From positions 140,616,001 to 140,680,000 of the forward strand of contig OX597815.1 in the NCBI GenBank assembly GCA_951406725.2: DNA of 64,000 bases. The letters run 5' to 3'. The notes under the pieces are model-generated. The model had not been told where the DNA came from. It searched no databases and saw nothing but the letters and a program-made list of their open reading frames with translations. A program made the position numbers and the translations under genes. The stretch comes from Octopus vulgaris. Taxonomy: Eukaryota. This document shows, one piece after another, positions 1 through 13,695 of this stretch. Within the stretch, counting starts at the first letter, position 1; the number at the start of each line of letters is the position of its first letter.

Positions 1-1108
1 CAAAAGAATGAGGGGCGTTTCAGGGACAATTAGGCTTGCAGTACAAAGCAAAATGCCCAGGTAGGATCATGAAGATTACGTGAAAGCTCTTCTTTTTAAC
101 GAATACTTAAAGGATTACAAAAAGAAGGCGGCAGGGAGCAACAAAGGTGGCCACTGAAAGTGGCTTCTAGGGTAATGACTTCCTGTGCTGTTGCTTTCGT
201 CCTTTCCTATCTACCATTTTGTTTTGTATATACGACAATTGCTAGAGTGGGAACCATAGCAAGTGTAATGACCTCATCCTACTAACACCACCTAAACTTG
301 GGGTCAAAATGATTGAGTATCGAGTGCCAGTAGTGGCTTCGATGCGATTTTTGGTGTTGAGTTCAGTTTTAGTATGAGTCTTATTCTCCTGCATTACACC
401 TCTCTTATTTTTTCCTGCATAGTAGCATGTCTACCATCTCCAAGTATTTATAAGTTAGTTATGGGTCAAGTCAAGTTCATTGATGGTAGCGTTAGTATGT
501 ACTTTAATGGAAGCTTTGTGCTAAAGTTTGCTCCTTACAAAAGTTGCTTTAGCACACTCGTCAAGGCCAAACTCCATCCCGATGTCATTGCTGAACTCTT
601 TAATAGTTGGTAGCAGCCCTACTAGCTCTTGTTAATTTCTAGCAAACAGCTTCACGTCATATAAAACAGATGATTTATTGTAGTATTATAAACTCCGTAC
701 TCATACTTGGTTCGTTTAAGAGTGGAAATAGTGCCATGCAAAAGAGTAACAGGGAGGAGTCACCTTGATAGATGCTTCGATTCATGTTAAAAGATGCCTC
801 ATTTCACTATCAAACGCTTTCAAGTAGCCTATTTATGCCATTCTCATGTTCTTCTTTGTTCCAGTAATTCTCTTCAATCATTTTACTTAGTAATTAATCT
901 TTGCACTCATAAGTATTTCTTTTAGAGTCATTTTTTTAGCTTGTGGAAGGATACCGTTTTATTCGTGGGATGCGTATATTCCTTCAGTTAGTATGGATGT
1001 GGGGATCTTCTAGGTTGTGTTGAGACATGTTATTGATCGGTAGTTATTTAGATTTTTCGTGTCTTCAGTCTTTGGTAGAAGGTATGATGTTCCTTCCTTC
1101 AGTTAATA
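1..1108 (-). mobile_element. Decayed R4/Dong-like RLE non-LTR retrotransposon, RT domain fragment (runs off window start)
   Basis: Manual minus-strand translation across frameshifts gives YLLPKTEDTKNLNNYRSITCLNTT, KAFDS, RSIYQGDSSLLLFCMAL, INHLFY(M)D-VKLFA and FSNDIGMEFGLDECAK. The 5' break abuts (TAA)n. Confidence 0.85.
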
Positions 1109-1126
1109 GTTATTATTATTATTATT

Positions 1127-1680
1127 GAGTGAGCGAGCAGAGCATGCCATCAAAGTGACACTGGGGTAAAATATACGAAGCCCAGTATACCCATCATGAC
1201 TACCCGTCTGATAAAGGTACACCAGGCACATGCATCACAACCATATGTGCGCGACATGGTGATCTCATATCAAGATAAACAGCACATGACCTTGCAGGTG
1301 GAGCCCAGTTAGAATTTTATTCAGATCGAGTAACCCATCCCGCTCAAAAGGTCCCTGAATAAGGGTTGTTTAAGGACGTTGAACGAAACACCCATGTTTC
1401 CAGAGGTGAATTATTCAAACCCCAAAGAATCCTTCTCAACACATGGCTATGATGCTCCCCCACTACTTCTGCTCGTGATCAGAGATGCACATATCGTCAG
1501 CCACTAAGGGACATGCTCAACTGGTTAAGGTCAAACAACTGACAAGCAAATCTGTGGCATTGAGCAGAATATTTGATGTAGCCCATCTTTTATACCAAGA
1601 CAAAACAATGTACATGATAACACTTCCAATCAATTAAGATCAGAAGCCATGAGAGCCACTGCCTGGTACTGCATCAGGGC

Positions 1681-1683
<3 letters not shown>
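1127..1683. mobile_element. Unclassified ~555-bp non-coding element inserted in (TTA)n, copy 1
   Basis: GAGTGAGCGAGCAG...CATCAGGGCATT flanked by (TTA)n on both sides; colinear with 18435-18991 and 19074-19580. Confidence 0.85.
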
Positions 1684-1743
<60 letters not shown>

Positions 1744-1745
1744 CA

Positions 1746-1789
<44 letters not shown>

Positions 1790-1830
1790 GCTGTTGTTGT
1801 TGTTGTTGTTGTTGTTGCTGTTATTACTAT
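1684..1830. repeat. (TTA)n/(TTG)n microsatellite
   Basis: Seen directly. Confidence 0.95.
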
Positions 1831-3240
1831 TGGTATCACGTTACTCTCTTCATTGACCACAGCCATCGTATTTGCCACTTCAAATCGTCATAGTTGTTTA
1901 TTTGTTTCTTCTTCTTTCATATTGATCCTGTTGTCACAGGGGCATACTATGTCGATTATCGTACATATTCTTTCTTTTATATTTACCACAACAATGTCCG
2001 GTTTCAGATTCTGGTCGGGTCATTGCACTCCATCATTGCATTCCACATGGTTTTGCAATTCTCATTTTGGGTGACTCCTTCTGGAGTTTGCTCATACCAC
2101 GAAATTGCTCATTGTAGGCCGTGATTTCCACAGAGCTCGCAATGGATTATTCTTGCCACATTGTCATGGTGTCTTTTGTTTCGCTAACGATGTGCCATAT
2201 CGTTTCACCCCCTCACCACATATTCTGCATTTGTCGCTGTCGGTAGTGTTGTCTATTTGTACTTAATATAGTTGATCCTTAACGCCTGTTCCTGCGCATA
2301 TGAGTGCGACAGTCTTTATTTTTAGGTAACTCCTCCTCATTCACAGACACTGGTCTCTGTTTTGGATTTCACATCTCTTTCAAACTGATCGTATATTTGC
2401 TTTTCCTTCCATGCGTTTTGTTTTTTTTTCTGATTATTTCTTTTTAATATTTTTATTTTCTTTACACAATTTTCAGTTTATTTTATCTTCTATTCGTCAC
2501 TGTTCTGTTCTCAGTTGCTCTCGAGCTCATCCTTTCCACTACAATCCTACTAACAGCCTTGATAATATTATTTAATTGTGTGAGGTTCTTTGTTTCAATG
2601 TGTCTCACTACATTGAGTTTACTCGTCTTTTGCTTTAGTCTCCATTGATTACCCTTCTTAAAGTCGGACATAAATTCTATCCTTTCTGTATTTAATAGTT
2701 CTAAAAATCTGTCTATTAGTAATCGACCTTCATTGTTTGAGTAGTCACTGATATCAATTCTTTCACAATTGACGGTATTATATTCTTGCGAACAATTGTC
2801 CATCTCTTCCACTCTACCACTTTTGTTTCTCGCATGCCCAGCATCACTCGATATCCTTCTTCTAATAGTTTCTAGCTCCAATTCTGTTAAACATCCATTC
2901 TTTCATATTACTCTTGCTTGGTCACACAATCTCTGTTCAGTAATTTCAAACAGTTCCATTGCCTTCCATTCACTGTGCATTGGTTTTCTGTACCCTTTGA
3001 CAAGCACGCCTTTCGCATCCACTGGGGTGCTCCGGTAGTAATACTCCATAACCATCATGTTTACTTGTTTACTCCACGTATGTCTTGTAGCATGGATAGC
3101 GGTTGCTGGATTACGACCGGCGCCACCCCGCTGCACAGTGGGGAACCTACTGGGTGCGGCACCTTCACCATTGGTTCCGTTCCCGTTCACACCGTTAACG
3201 TAATCTATTTTGCTTGGCATTTGCACTCACAAATGATGTG
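1830..3240 (-). mobile_element. Internally deleted R4/Dong-like LINE: N-terminal domain joined to CCHC knuckle and RLE endonuclease, RT missing
   Basis: ORFs 2903-3226 and 2483-2881 (WSKQVNMMVMEYYYRS...ITEQRLCDQARVI*KNGCLTELELETIRR) resemble R4-clade N-termini. 2400-1830 translates to DKCRICGE..ETIWHIVSE, HHDNVARIIH, KPDIVVV..IIDIVCP and VIPIVI. Confidence 0.85.
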
Positions 3241-3284
3241 TTTATCCTTATTATTACTGTTGTTGTTGTTATTCTTGTAATCCT

Positions 3285-3415
3285 GTCGAGCTAACTTTTT
3301 ATTCTTTTGTGATCGGTTCAATAAAGTACCATTCAAACACTTAGGCCAATCTAATCACCTAACTCCTTCCCCTAAGAAATTGGTTGCCTTGTGCCAAAAT
3401 TAGGCAGAAGTATTG
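3285..3415 (+). mobile_element. SINE family A, decayed 3' fragment
   Basis: Similar to the core of 30665-30880 (GTCGA..TTT..AATAAAGTACCA) and to the tail of 43283-43468. Confidence 0.5.
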
Positions 3416-3761
3416 TTCTTGGTGAGGTTTTTTTGATATGGATTATAACATCAGACGTTTCCGAACTAAATGTATTAATAGACTGATTAACTGACTGTAT
3501 TTACGTCCGTTTTCTTTGTGATAACACATTTCGAAGGGTTCTACTACGCGTTTCATATATCCTGACGATAAATACCAGAAATGTATTGGTTTGTTTCTTT
3601 ACTCTACTTCATTCCTTCTTTATAAATGCGTAACCTTGTGTCGGTGTTAAAAAGTAGAATTTTATTTAATCATAATAGTAATTAGTAGTAACAGTATATC
3701 ATATGAGTTGAAGTATTAAGAATAGTAGTGGTAATCGACCATGTAGCAGTAGCAGTCTCAG

Positions 3762-3762
<1 letters not shown>

Positions 3763-3803
<41 letters not shown>

Positions 3804-3806
3804 TAA

Positions 3807-3866
<60 letters not shown>

Positions 3867-3943
3867 CACCGTCATCATCATCATCACCACCACCACCACC
3901 ACCATCATCATCATCATAATCATCATCAACATCATCATCATCA

Positions 3944-4006
<63 letters not shown>

Positions 4007-4058
4007 GTAGTAGTAGTAGTAGTAGTAGTATGCAGCAGCAGCAGCTTTAGTAGTAGTA
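3763..4058. repeat. Compound trinucleotide microsatellite (TAA)(TTA)(TCA)(CCA)(TCA)(TTA)(TAG)(CAG)
   Basis: Seen directly. Confidence 0.95.
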
Positions 4059-5840
4059 TTTGAATTAATGTTTGTACAAAAAAGAAAATATTAATTTCAA
4101 CGGATGAGAAATGAAAATACGATCTCATTTTTAAATAATAAAAAATCCCTAAAAATCCAAAGCTCAATCGATCAAAAAAAATTTCATGGAACAAAAATAA
4201 AATTGCTTACAACAACATCAACAACTGCGACAAAAAAAAACAAAAAAAAAAACAGGAGAAGAGAAATAGTAAGAAATGTAGAAGAGTTGACGTAGAAAAA
4301 AAAAGTTGGGAATAAATATTTGTCATGTCTGACAAGTACGATTACTACTGATATCAAAAATAGGAGGAAAAAGTAATTACTGGAGAGAAATAAAAAAAAA
4401 AAATTGCAAACAAAATATTTGAGAGTTTAAGAAGAAAACAGTATTATAAACATGTCTTTAATTAGTGAGAAGTCTGCAAGCAACACTACGAATAAAAACA
4501 CCAACTAAAACATCAACTACACTTTCAGCAGATGTTGTTATTGTTGTTGTTACTGTAACAGTGTCTAAATTAACTACATCGTCAGCAGTTTGGCAATATT
4601 TCTTGCACAATTCTCAACCAGATGGAGTAATTAACCTTCCACAAAAGAAAGTGCTCACATAGTTAATAGAAAACATTTGAGTAAATTGTGTTTCTGTGTT
4701 ATAACCGAATATGTAGTTAAAATATAAATATATTTCACACCCCAGTCTAAACCCAACACATATACGTTACAACATATACATCAGACTTGTACAATTTTTC
4801 ATGACTAGATTAGGTTATAATGCACTACTTTTCATTCTTTTATTCCGTTACTGCGCTAAAGTGAAACGACAAATCTTTAACATAAATACACTGAAATGTA
4901 TTACATCATACGACCGTCATTTCAGGCTAAATCAAATAACTTTACAATATATGATGGCTTCTGTATTTTAATGCTTTATGTATTTTAATTGAAACTGATG
5001 ACAACACCAACAATAACACCTACAAGGAGTGCAACAATGACGGTCTGGTAACTTTCCAACAGTACGATTATATTCGTAACAAGTAGTTGATATAGAAATA
5101 TTGAAAAATCTAGGATAAATGGTAGATTTGAGTTTCTATCGCACATTCAAGGAGTAAACCACAATAGAAATAGTATACCAGAACCAGAACCAGACGTTGA
5201 ACAGTAATGGCTCTTTATCGCAATATCTGACGTACAATAACGGTCGATATGGTTCATAGATGTGGGAGGCAAGGGCTATGTACGAGTGGTGTGTTATGCT
5301 AATGCCAGAACGTTTAATGTTGAAAAGAGTATGAAGCAAAGTTTTAGCGTTGTCGAAACAACAAGAACAGCAGCAGCGGTGGCACTAGCAGTAGATTCAA
5401 CAACAAACTAGAAGAATTTCGAAAACTGCACCAGTAATAGTAGCAATAGAATACCAAAAGAACAAATGTAACATCGTTAAAACTAAATGATTGTTTGACT
5501 AAAATAGAACAGTGTAAAGCTACAGGACTTGTAAAATTTTTTACACAACATTCCACTTTTTTTCATGTTATGAAGCAAAGAATGGCTGCTTCTGAGATAA
5601 GCCACCAGTAATATGTGAGAGAAATGTAAACAAGTTTCTTTTTGTCTTGTAAATATAAAAAAATATGTGAAAGAAATCATGTTGTGTATTATTGGTGTAG
5701 ATTTATTGTTTACATTATGTTAGAGACTAGTGAACGTGTCAAATGCTTTCAATTGCAGATCCGATTAAATGGTGTTGAAGAAATGAGAAAACTTTGTTAA
5801 ACGAGGCTTTCTTGGTCGAAGTATAGGAATGTATAATATG

Positions 5841-5968
5841 TACGAGGTGGTACCAAAACGTTCCCGGACTAGTTACGTTTGATAAAAGAATAACTCATTT
5901 ACTGAAGTTTTAGCATCACCTCCTTCGAAATAGTCAACTTGTGCAGCAATACACCGCTCTCACCTTTC
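5841..5968 (-). mobile_element. Mariner right-end fragment
   Basis: TACGAGGTGGTACCAAAACGTTCCCGGACT is a TIR-like end; the minus strand encodes RCIAAQVDYFEG, a mariner C-terminus. Confidence 0.7.
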
Positions 5969-5969
5969 C

Positions 5970-7847
5970 TGACAGAATACAGTATTGCAGAGGTATATTT
6001 CAATGGGTCACCATCTCTGTGATGTTTATACTTTCTGTAAACCCCTTATCATTCATGTTAAGGAAGTCTGAAGGATATCTCGCTGGTTCACAAGGAAACA
6101 GAGCAACCACAATTACACAGTTACTTTGTGGATGACTTGAAATTATATGCAAAGAATATGCATGAAATGAAAGGAATATTGACCTGATTACAACGTTCTC
6201 AAAAGATATAGGGCTGGAGTTTGGTAAGGATAAATGTTGCTATATGGTTTTAGAAAGAGTGTAAACTGTAATCCAGACTAGTAACCTCTCCATCAATGAA
6301 TTAACCGGTTCCCCTGTATCTGATGAGAAACGGTACAGGTATCTAGAGTTAGATGAAAACATCTTAGAATGGCACCTGCAAAAAATCACATATCTCTAAA
6401 GAATATTACTGTCGAATGAAGAAAATATGATCCTCGGAACTCTCCTCTGCATTCAATAAAACAGTGCCCCACAATGTGTTTACGGTGCCAGTACTGATAC
6501 CAACATTTGAGCTGCATAATTGATGAGATCCGAGCCATTGATGTAAAAACCTGGAAGATACTAATTAGCAGCATAACTTCCACATCAACAACAGTGACGG
6601 AGATCGCCGCAATCTAAAGCAAAAATAAGGAGTCAGAGATTTGCATCATTCCAGACCGCCTTTAAATGTCGTATCATATCCCTTCGGTAACAGCTTTTAA
6701 GCATCAAGTGTCGAAGTGCATCACTTGACCAAGTTTGCGTACATGAGGTTGATAACAACATGAGAGTTGGAAAGCAGCTCCTTGAGCAGCATTTCTTGAA
6801 AGATAATCTTAAATACATGCCCAAAGAAGTCACGCGACTCTACCGCAATGTATCATCAGATAAAAAGGTGAGCGTACATCAGCAGAAAACTCTGAGATGA
6901 TAGTGACATAGATCATCAAAGCAACCTATCATGGACCAAAAGCCAGATAACTACCCCCCCACTTTGAAAGCTATGCACTCGCAAACCAAGAACAGGAAAT
7001 ATGAACTAAATACTTGATGCACAAAAGGGACAGGGATGCAGATAACGGACTAAAAATGTGACAACCGATGCAGACTTTGTGGAGTTAACACCGAATATAT
7101 CACCCACACCATGAGCTGTTGTCCGAAAATGTCATCACGGTATTATCTACCGATGAAACATAAAGTTGTGGCTAGGACAAGGTATAATGAGATACGTCGG
7201 AATGATGACATCGAGGACAAAGAAATAAGAACTCATATTATGGTAGAAGCCATAGTCACTCATAATAAAAAGGAGTACTGGTGGAATATCCCAATGAAAA
7301 CCTCAATAAAATGTAAACACAATAGACCTGATATGATGATTTGGGATAGAGAAGAAAAACTGTGTATAGATGTGGAAATCGGCTGTCCAGCGGATGTTGA
7401 CATGAAGCTAAAGATCAGCGAAAAAGAGAATATCTACATTGAAATATTGAGAAATCTGCAGTTACTCTATCCAAATTACAAGTTCATATTTATACCTGTA
7501 ATTATTGGAGCACTGAGATATGTAACACATTGCCTACATACCAATCATGAGTAATTAGGCTTCTCAAAACTAGCTAGGACAAAGCTGATTTGAAGACTAC
7601 AGATCTGATCCTGAACAGGAACTGCAAAAATCAGTAAAACTCAGCAGAGGCTTATCATTTAGGTATATATGAGCATGTCTAGATATGCAACTATATGCAA
7701 GAAAATGCATGCACTAAAAACATATAAATCTGCACTCATACATAGATACATGCAAAGATACCCTGTTTATGTTGAAACTCCAATGAAGAATCTAGGTTAG
7801 AAACCGGCTTTTTATTGGCAAGAAATCTTGAAATAAAACTGGATAAT
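5970..7847 (+). mobile_element. 5'-truncated decayed RLE-type (R4-like) LINE: RT, CCHC, RLE, 3' UTR; ends at (CA)n
   Basis: RGIFQ, ILSVNPLSFML, YFVDDLKLYAK, FSKDIGLEFGKDKC and CRLCG motifs. ORF 7111-7554 has HNRPDMMIWD..VEIGCP..EKENIY..PVIIGAL (PD..(D/E) endonuclease). AATAAA precedes the CA tract. Confidence 0.88.
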
Positions 7848-7901
7848 CACATACACATACACACACACACAAACACACAAACAAATGCACATACACACAG
7901 A

Positions 7902-7938
<37 letters not shown>

Positions 7939-7983
7939 ATACATGTAGGTATGTTGGTGCAAACAGGAAAAAATATGTATATA

Positions 7984-9216
7984 CAGGATCTTACAGATAA
8001 ATTGAAGCCAATTTTAAGCAGTTGACTTAATGGGTTTAACATTTCATTTTTGACAAACCTTGCTTGTTTGAAAATATAAGCTTCATCTTTATTTTTCAGG
8101 TAAATAGCGGACTGTTTCGGCAACAGAAAATCATGGAACAACAGAATCGTCCACCATTGTTGTTTTGGCGCGCGCCGGGCACACTGCCAGTAAAATTGTT
8201 AAGTTGACGAACCTTCCAAAAGCAACAGTTTTTTGTATGCATAAACAATTTAAAGAAGAGGTGAGGATTGATAGAAAAGAACACAAGACTCGAAGTGATT
8301 CCAAGCGCAATCCAAAGTTTCTCGCCAGCCTGAAACGCTCGATTGAAACCAGCCCATCCACCTTCATGACAAGTCTTGCAAAGAAATTAAATGTGTCTAC
8401 AGTGTCCAGAGCTGTGAAAAGGAACCTTGACGTCATTAGCTATGTTCGACGACGCCGTCACTTCCTAACAGCCAAGGCCACAACAATCAGAGTCGAGAGA
8501 TGACCAAAGTTTTTGTCATTCATCAAGCATCAAAGTGCAGGAAAAACTCTCGTATCTGAGGACAAGATGTGATTGCATACAACCCTACTGACGTCCCTCA
8601 CTATGCCTGAGACTAAGAATTCTGCCTCCGTGATGGTATTTGGGGCCATGGCAAGTGATGGGAATATCATGGATCCCCACTTCATTGAGTCTGACATGTA
8701 GATCGGCACAAAAGTGTATCTGAACATCCTGCAAAACTCTCTGTTACCTTGGGTATAGTAGAAATTTGGGCTTGACAACGTGGTGCTTAACCAGCATTCA
8801 AAACCACGCCATGGGTCAGAAGCAATACGAGCCTTCCTTGGTAAGAAGATGCCATTTTCGTGAGGGCCAACAACTGGGCCAGTAATTGTCCAAATCTCAA
8901 CCACCTTGATTAATTTTTATGGGGCATACTTCAACCAATAACCAATGCTTTATCACACTCGAGTGTCAACAGTTTGAAGACCTGCACTGTGCATGCAACA
9001 CGCAATATCAAAATGGCGGATATTACAGCAGATGCCAAAAACGTTCTCTGTTGTGTGGAGGCAGTAACTGCGCAAACGGGCGGCCATATTGAGTGATAAA
9101 TGTTTTTGTTGCAATAAATGTTACTTTAAAATCATATGTCTACTACCATAATTTTAGTATTTATAACCAGTTTTATGCTTCGTAAAAATTTGTCTCAATC
9201 TCTCTGCAAGACCCTA
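7984..9216 (+). mobile_element. Tc1/mariner DNA transposon (maT/DD37D-like), decayed full-length copy
   Basis: Imperfect TIRs CAGGATCTTACAGATAAATTGAAGCCAATTTT / AAAATTTGTCTCAATCTCTCTGCAAGACCCTA with TA flanks. HTH ORF at 8165-8503, then SVMVFGAMASDG and YLNILQNSLLPW with stops. Confidence 0.85.
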
Positions 9217-9351
9217 TATATATTTAATAACCTACTTTGGATACCTAACAGAGTGCAAACCGGGAAATGCCTGGAGTAATCCCTCACTATTTATAAATAT
9301 GTATATTTATATAAATACAAATCTGTATATATATATATATATGTATACACT

Positions 9352-9418
<67 letters not shown>

Positions 9419-9663
9419 GTCAGTACTAATTATGTTGACGTGCATTACTAGCTCCATAACACCTCGTTCTGGAGTTCTTTTGTAGCGACTCTTAACACCG
9501 TAGTCCTTGCCCTGGAAGAAGAATTCGGAGTTGAAATTCAAATAAATTTGAGCACTAGTACGATTTTCTACACTGAGGATATCTAACTCTTACCTAGTCT
9601 GATTATATAAGTCAGCTACTGCTTCTGTTTGTGACTGTCAACACTGCAAATACAGACACTGTC

Positions 9664-9676
9664 AGAGGAAGAGAGA

Positions 9677-9742
<66 letters not shown>
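9664..9742. repeat. (GA)n microsatellite
   Basis: Seen directly. Confidence 0.95.
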
Positions 9743-9744
<2 letters not shown>

Positions 9745-10864
9745 GCAAAAGTGGCGGTGGGAAGCTGAACTATAATGGAATCATTCAATCAGTGTTTATA
9801 AAAGGTTAATTCTTGTTTTCAGAATAGGGAATTCAAAAATATAATTATTAGATTACACGAAATAATATTAAACTGTTTCATATGGGAACATGTTCTTGCC
9901 AGCTTAATTTCGAAATTGTCCTGAGCTTTCTGGAACAACATGTCCAGTATACTCAAAGGACAAAGCTCACATCCAGTTTTAAAGCTTATAGCAATGAATA
10001 TTTAGCTCCATTAAAATCATGTAAGATATTTACTCATTTATTTTGTTCAATATAACAACAGCTGAACAATAACGTCAGATTCCACAAGTTTCCATAGAAA
10101 CAGCAATTGCTTTATAGCATTGTTGACAAAAATGTGACACGGGAGTAGCTGCAACTCACTGCAAAATAGATAATACCTGAGTATATATATATACTTATGT
10201 GTGCATGCGTGTGTGTGACTGTGTGTACAGGCACACATGTATAAATATATCCTTGTATATCACCCGTCATCAAAGCAGGTCTAAAATTTATACTGTAACT
10301 CGTTACAAAGAATTTCATTAGAACTCATATAAAATCATTTCAAAACATCATCAATCCAAATTTTTTTCGTTTTAGGATCGATATTGACCAGATATACTGT
10401 TTCCTCAATCGTCGTTTAGGTCTTTCTTGATGACTTTTATATAAAAAAGAATTACATGTTGCCGATTTAAATTTTCTATGTTACGCACAGTTAATAAGCT
10501 ACGGATTAGGTAATAACGTTGTAGATCATTCTAAAAGGGACATGCAGTTTGAACAGTAAGAAACATCCTGCTTTTCAGTTGATGCATGTATATAAGCAGT
10601 GTGTGTGTGTAAGATAGTGCTGATAACATTTTACTGGGTTTCCAGAGACCAAGTGTGAATACTTGCGACGTTGGTCTCTGTTAAAGAATACCAAAATGCT
10701 CGAATATGGCTTTCAAAAGTGAGGCGCGACATGCTTTTGAATGAGAAATAAAAGACCCGGAACAATAACTGCAATATGATCTGGTCCGCCGTTCTGCCGA
10801 TATATCGATCTAGATTGGTACGCATGTTTCAAATGGTTCAGAAAGTTCGACAGGCGAATTTGAT

Positions 10865-10945
10865 ATCAGCAGGATTTGAAATCTGAAGACAAACAATGGA
10901 GCAAACACCATTCAGAATTATATCCAACGCGCTAACGATACTGTG
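10865..10945 (-). mobile_element. SINE family A head, decayed
   Basis: Reverse complement resembles CAG..TCGTTAGC...TTCAAATCC, the head of 30665. Confidence 0.45.
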
Positions 10946-10949
10946 AATC

Positions 10950-11018
10950 ACTGCATATTACATACATACAGACATATAAACACTTATCGATATGGACATA
11001 TACACACATACACAAACG

Positions 11019-11089
<71 letters not shown>

Positions 11090-11093
11090 ATGA

Positions 11094-11129
<36 letters not shown>

Positions 11130-11235
11130 GCATATATCTACATATGTATATGTATATGTATGAAGATAGATATATATATACACACAGATAAGCGTTTAAA
11201 TATGCATATATACATACATACGCGCATATAATCTC

Positions 11236-11279
<44 letters not shown>

Positions 11280-12070
11280 AATCTATATGTCTGTCTGTCT
11301 GTCTCTCCGTTTGTGTATGTGTGTGTGTGCGCGTAAAGGCGTTTGGTAGTTCGCTTCAGGTATAGTCTGTTTTTTAGAAAGCAATAAAAAAACCACGTAG
11401 AGAGCACCTTGTAAAGTTTCCGCATTATTCCCGCCTCTCTATCCCTCTCTAACTCTCGCTGCCTATCTTTCGGTAAGTAATGTATGCATATGCATACATG
11501 AATACATACATACATACATACATACATACATACATACATACATACATACATACATACGTGTATACATAAATGCATACATGTATATACACATGCATATGTA
11601 CTTACATAGGAATATATATATATATATATATATATGTATATGTATATAAATATAAATGCGCATATTTATATGGATGCATGTATAGTATATATGCGCGGGT
11701 GTGTTTGTCTATAATTGTGGGAGTATGATGAGATAAAAATTGACTTGTCCTCTTTCTAGGGTGTATTTCCTAAACATTCTATGATTAGGTCAAATCCGTT
11801 TATCTTTCAATTAATGTTTGAGCACAACTACAGCGTATAATGCTTCGCTAAGACGTGTTTTGTTGAAAACAAGTGCAGTTAGTTGACATACAGGCACGCA
11901 CACACATACCACACACAAATGCACATATATCCACATATAAATGCACACACGCATATAAAAATATATATATATATTTATACATAGACACACACATATATAT
12001 ATATATACATACAAATATATATATATATAAATGTATATATTATATATAAATATACAATATATATATATGC

Positions 12071-12102
<32 letters not shown>

Positions 12103-12109
12103 TTATATA

Positions 12110-12187
<78 letters not shown>

Positions 12188-12190
12188 ATA
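10950..12190. repeat. Cluster of (TA)n, (TATC)n, (TACA)n and (CA)n microsatellites
   Basis: Seen directly, with short unique spacers between tracts. Confidence 0.9.
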
Positions 12191-13158
12191 CAATATGTTA
12201 CATTACTCGGTAGTCAAGATAAAACTCTGAGTTTCAGATGCCGAAGTGGAAATCCACAACACCATCTCTTCGGTTATCTGGCTATTTGAAAACGTTATGA
12301 AAAAATACCGTTAAAAATGAAGGGAAATTACTCTGTTATAACTCTGCTTTGCCTGCGTACTTATATCGCTCGCATCATATTATATAAAAATACATAAAAA
12401 ATATATAAAAATATATAAAAATATATAAAATGGACATAACACAGTATGTTCTATCCGTTTTCTTTATATAGTCACATGTGGGCATGATCCGAAAAGTTCT
12501 GTCCTTGTATTTGTGTCTAAGCTGCTTTCCAGATAAATCTATATGTATATATTGGCCAAAATCTTCCATTGTATGTTATAATCGACACCTTTATCACCTG
12601 GCCTTGAAATACCCTCTGTCAGGCCCACGTGTCAAAACGGTGTCTTTAGTGGTTATAGAGTTTACGGTAGCCTCTATATGATGGTCTTGGAAAAGCTCCA
12701 TTTCTAATTTTTATGCATGAACACTTGTGTTTTTTGTATGTTATGATTGATTATGAGTTTGAACTAAAACTAATTTTTAAATTTATATGTAACTGGAAAA
12801 TGTCTATCTACACACATACCGGGTGAGTAAGGGGGCGTAAACCAGATGACTATTTCTATTACACTGGTGATAGGTGTATATTTTATTTTTTCGCTAAAAC
12901 CACTATCTTTAAAGCTTTATTATAAACTGGGGCAACTATTGAAGATGTCCTCATTAGATGAGAGGCTAGAAATCCTCTTACTAATATTTTTAACTAAATT
13001 TTTGAATACTATAGGGGATGGCATGAACACATCACTATAAGGTTTATAAATATTATTATTAAGATCTAAGGAAACGTCTATAGTGTCTATAGTTATACTA
13101 ATATATCTTGTGCTGGTCCATACATACATTTGTATTATAAAATCATCTTTTAGATGGC
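12191..13158 (-). mobile_element. Decayed Penelope-like element 3' part (RT thumb, GIY-YIG, pLTR) within (TA)n
   Basis: DVSLDLNNNIYKPY, KNISKRISSLSSNEDIFN, VIWFTPPYS and II(Y)EATV...VGLTEGYFKAR; hammerhead at the 3' end. Confidence 0.8.
12217..12279 (-). ncRNA. Type I hammerhead ribozyme motif (CCGAAGA core variant)
   Basis: agataa|ccgaaga|gatg...catc t|gaaac tcaga gtt|ttatct. Confidence 0.65.
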
Positions 13159-13159
13159 G

Positions 13160-13198
<39 letters not shown>

Positions 13199-13343
13199 AT
13201 ATATACAGGAGTGTGTGTATGTAAATCTATATGTACATATTACGCACACAGAAATATGTGTATGAATATCTTTATAAAATCTCTAAATATCACTGAGTTT
13301 CCATATTTATATGTATACACACACATATTCACCACACACACAG

Positions 13344-13385
<42 letters not shown>

Positions 13386-13453
13386 ACATATTTGATATAT
13401 GTATGTGTCTTTGAATATAATTATGTATGTGTATAAGAAAAGATGTATATATA

Positions 13454-13525
<72 letters not shown>

Positions 13526-13588
13526 CATAGATATGTGTGTGTGTATGTCAGTTAGAATATATTTATGTATGTATATATATACATATAT

Positions 13589-13640
<52 letters not shown>

Positions 13641-13645
13641 GTACT

Positions 13646-13695
<50 letters not shown>

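Noticed and set aside
1200-1225. CTGATAA in the 555-bp element as a hammerhead core
   Set aside because: No properly placed GAAA or stem III; only a small hairpin.
10641-10742. Two adjacent hairpins (CAGAGACCAA/TTGGTCTCTG and TTCAAAAG/CTTTTGAA)
   Set aside because: Short stems that could arise by chance; no recognised RNA motif.
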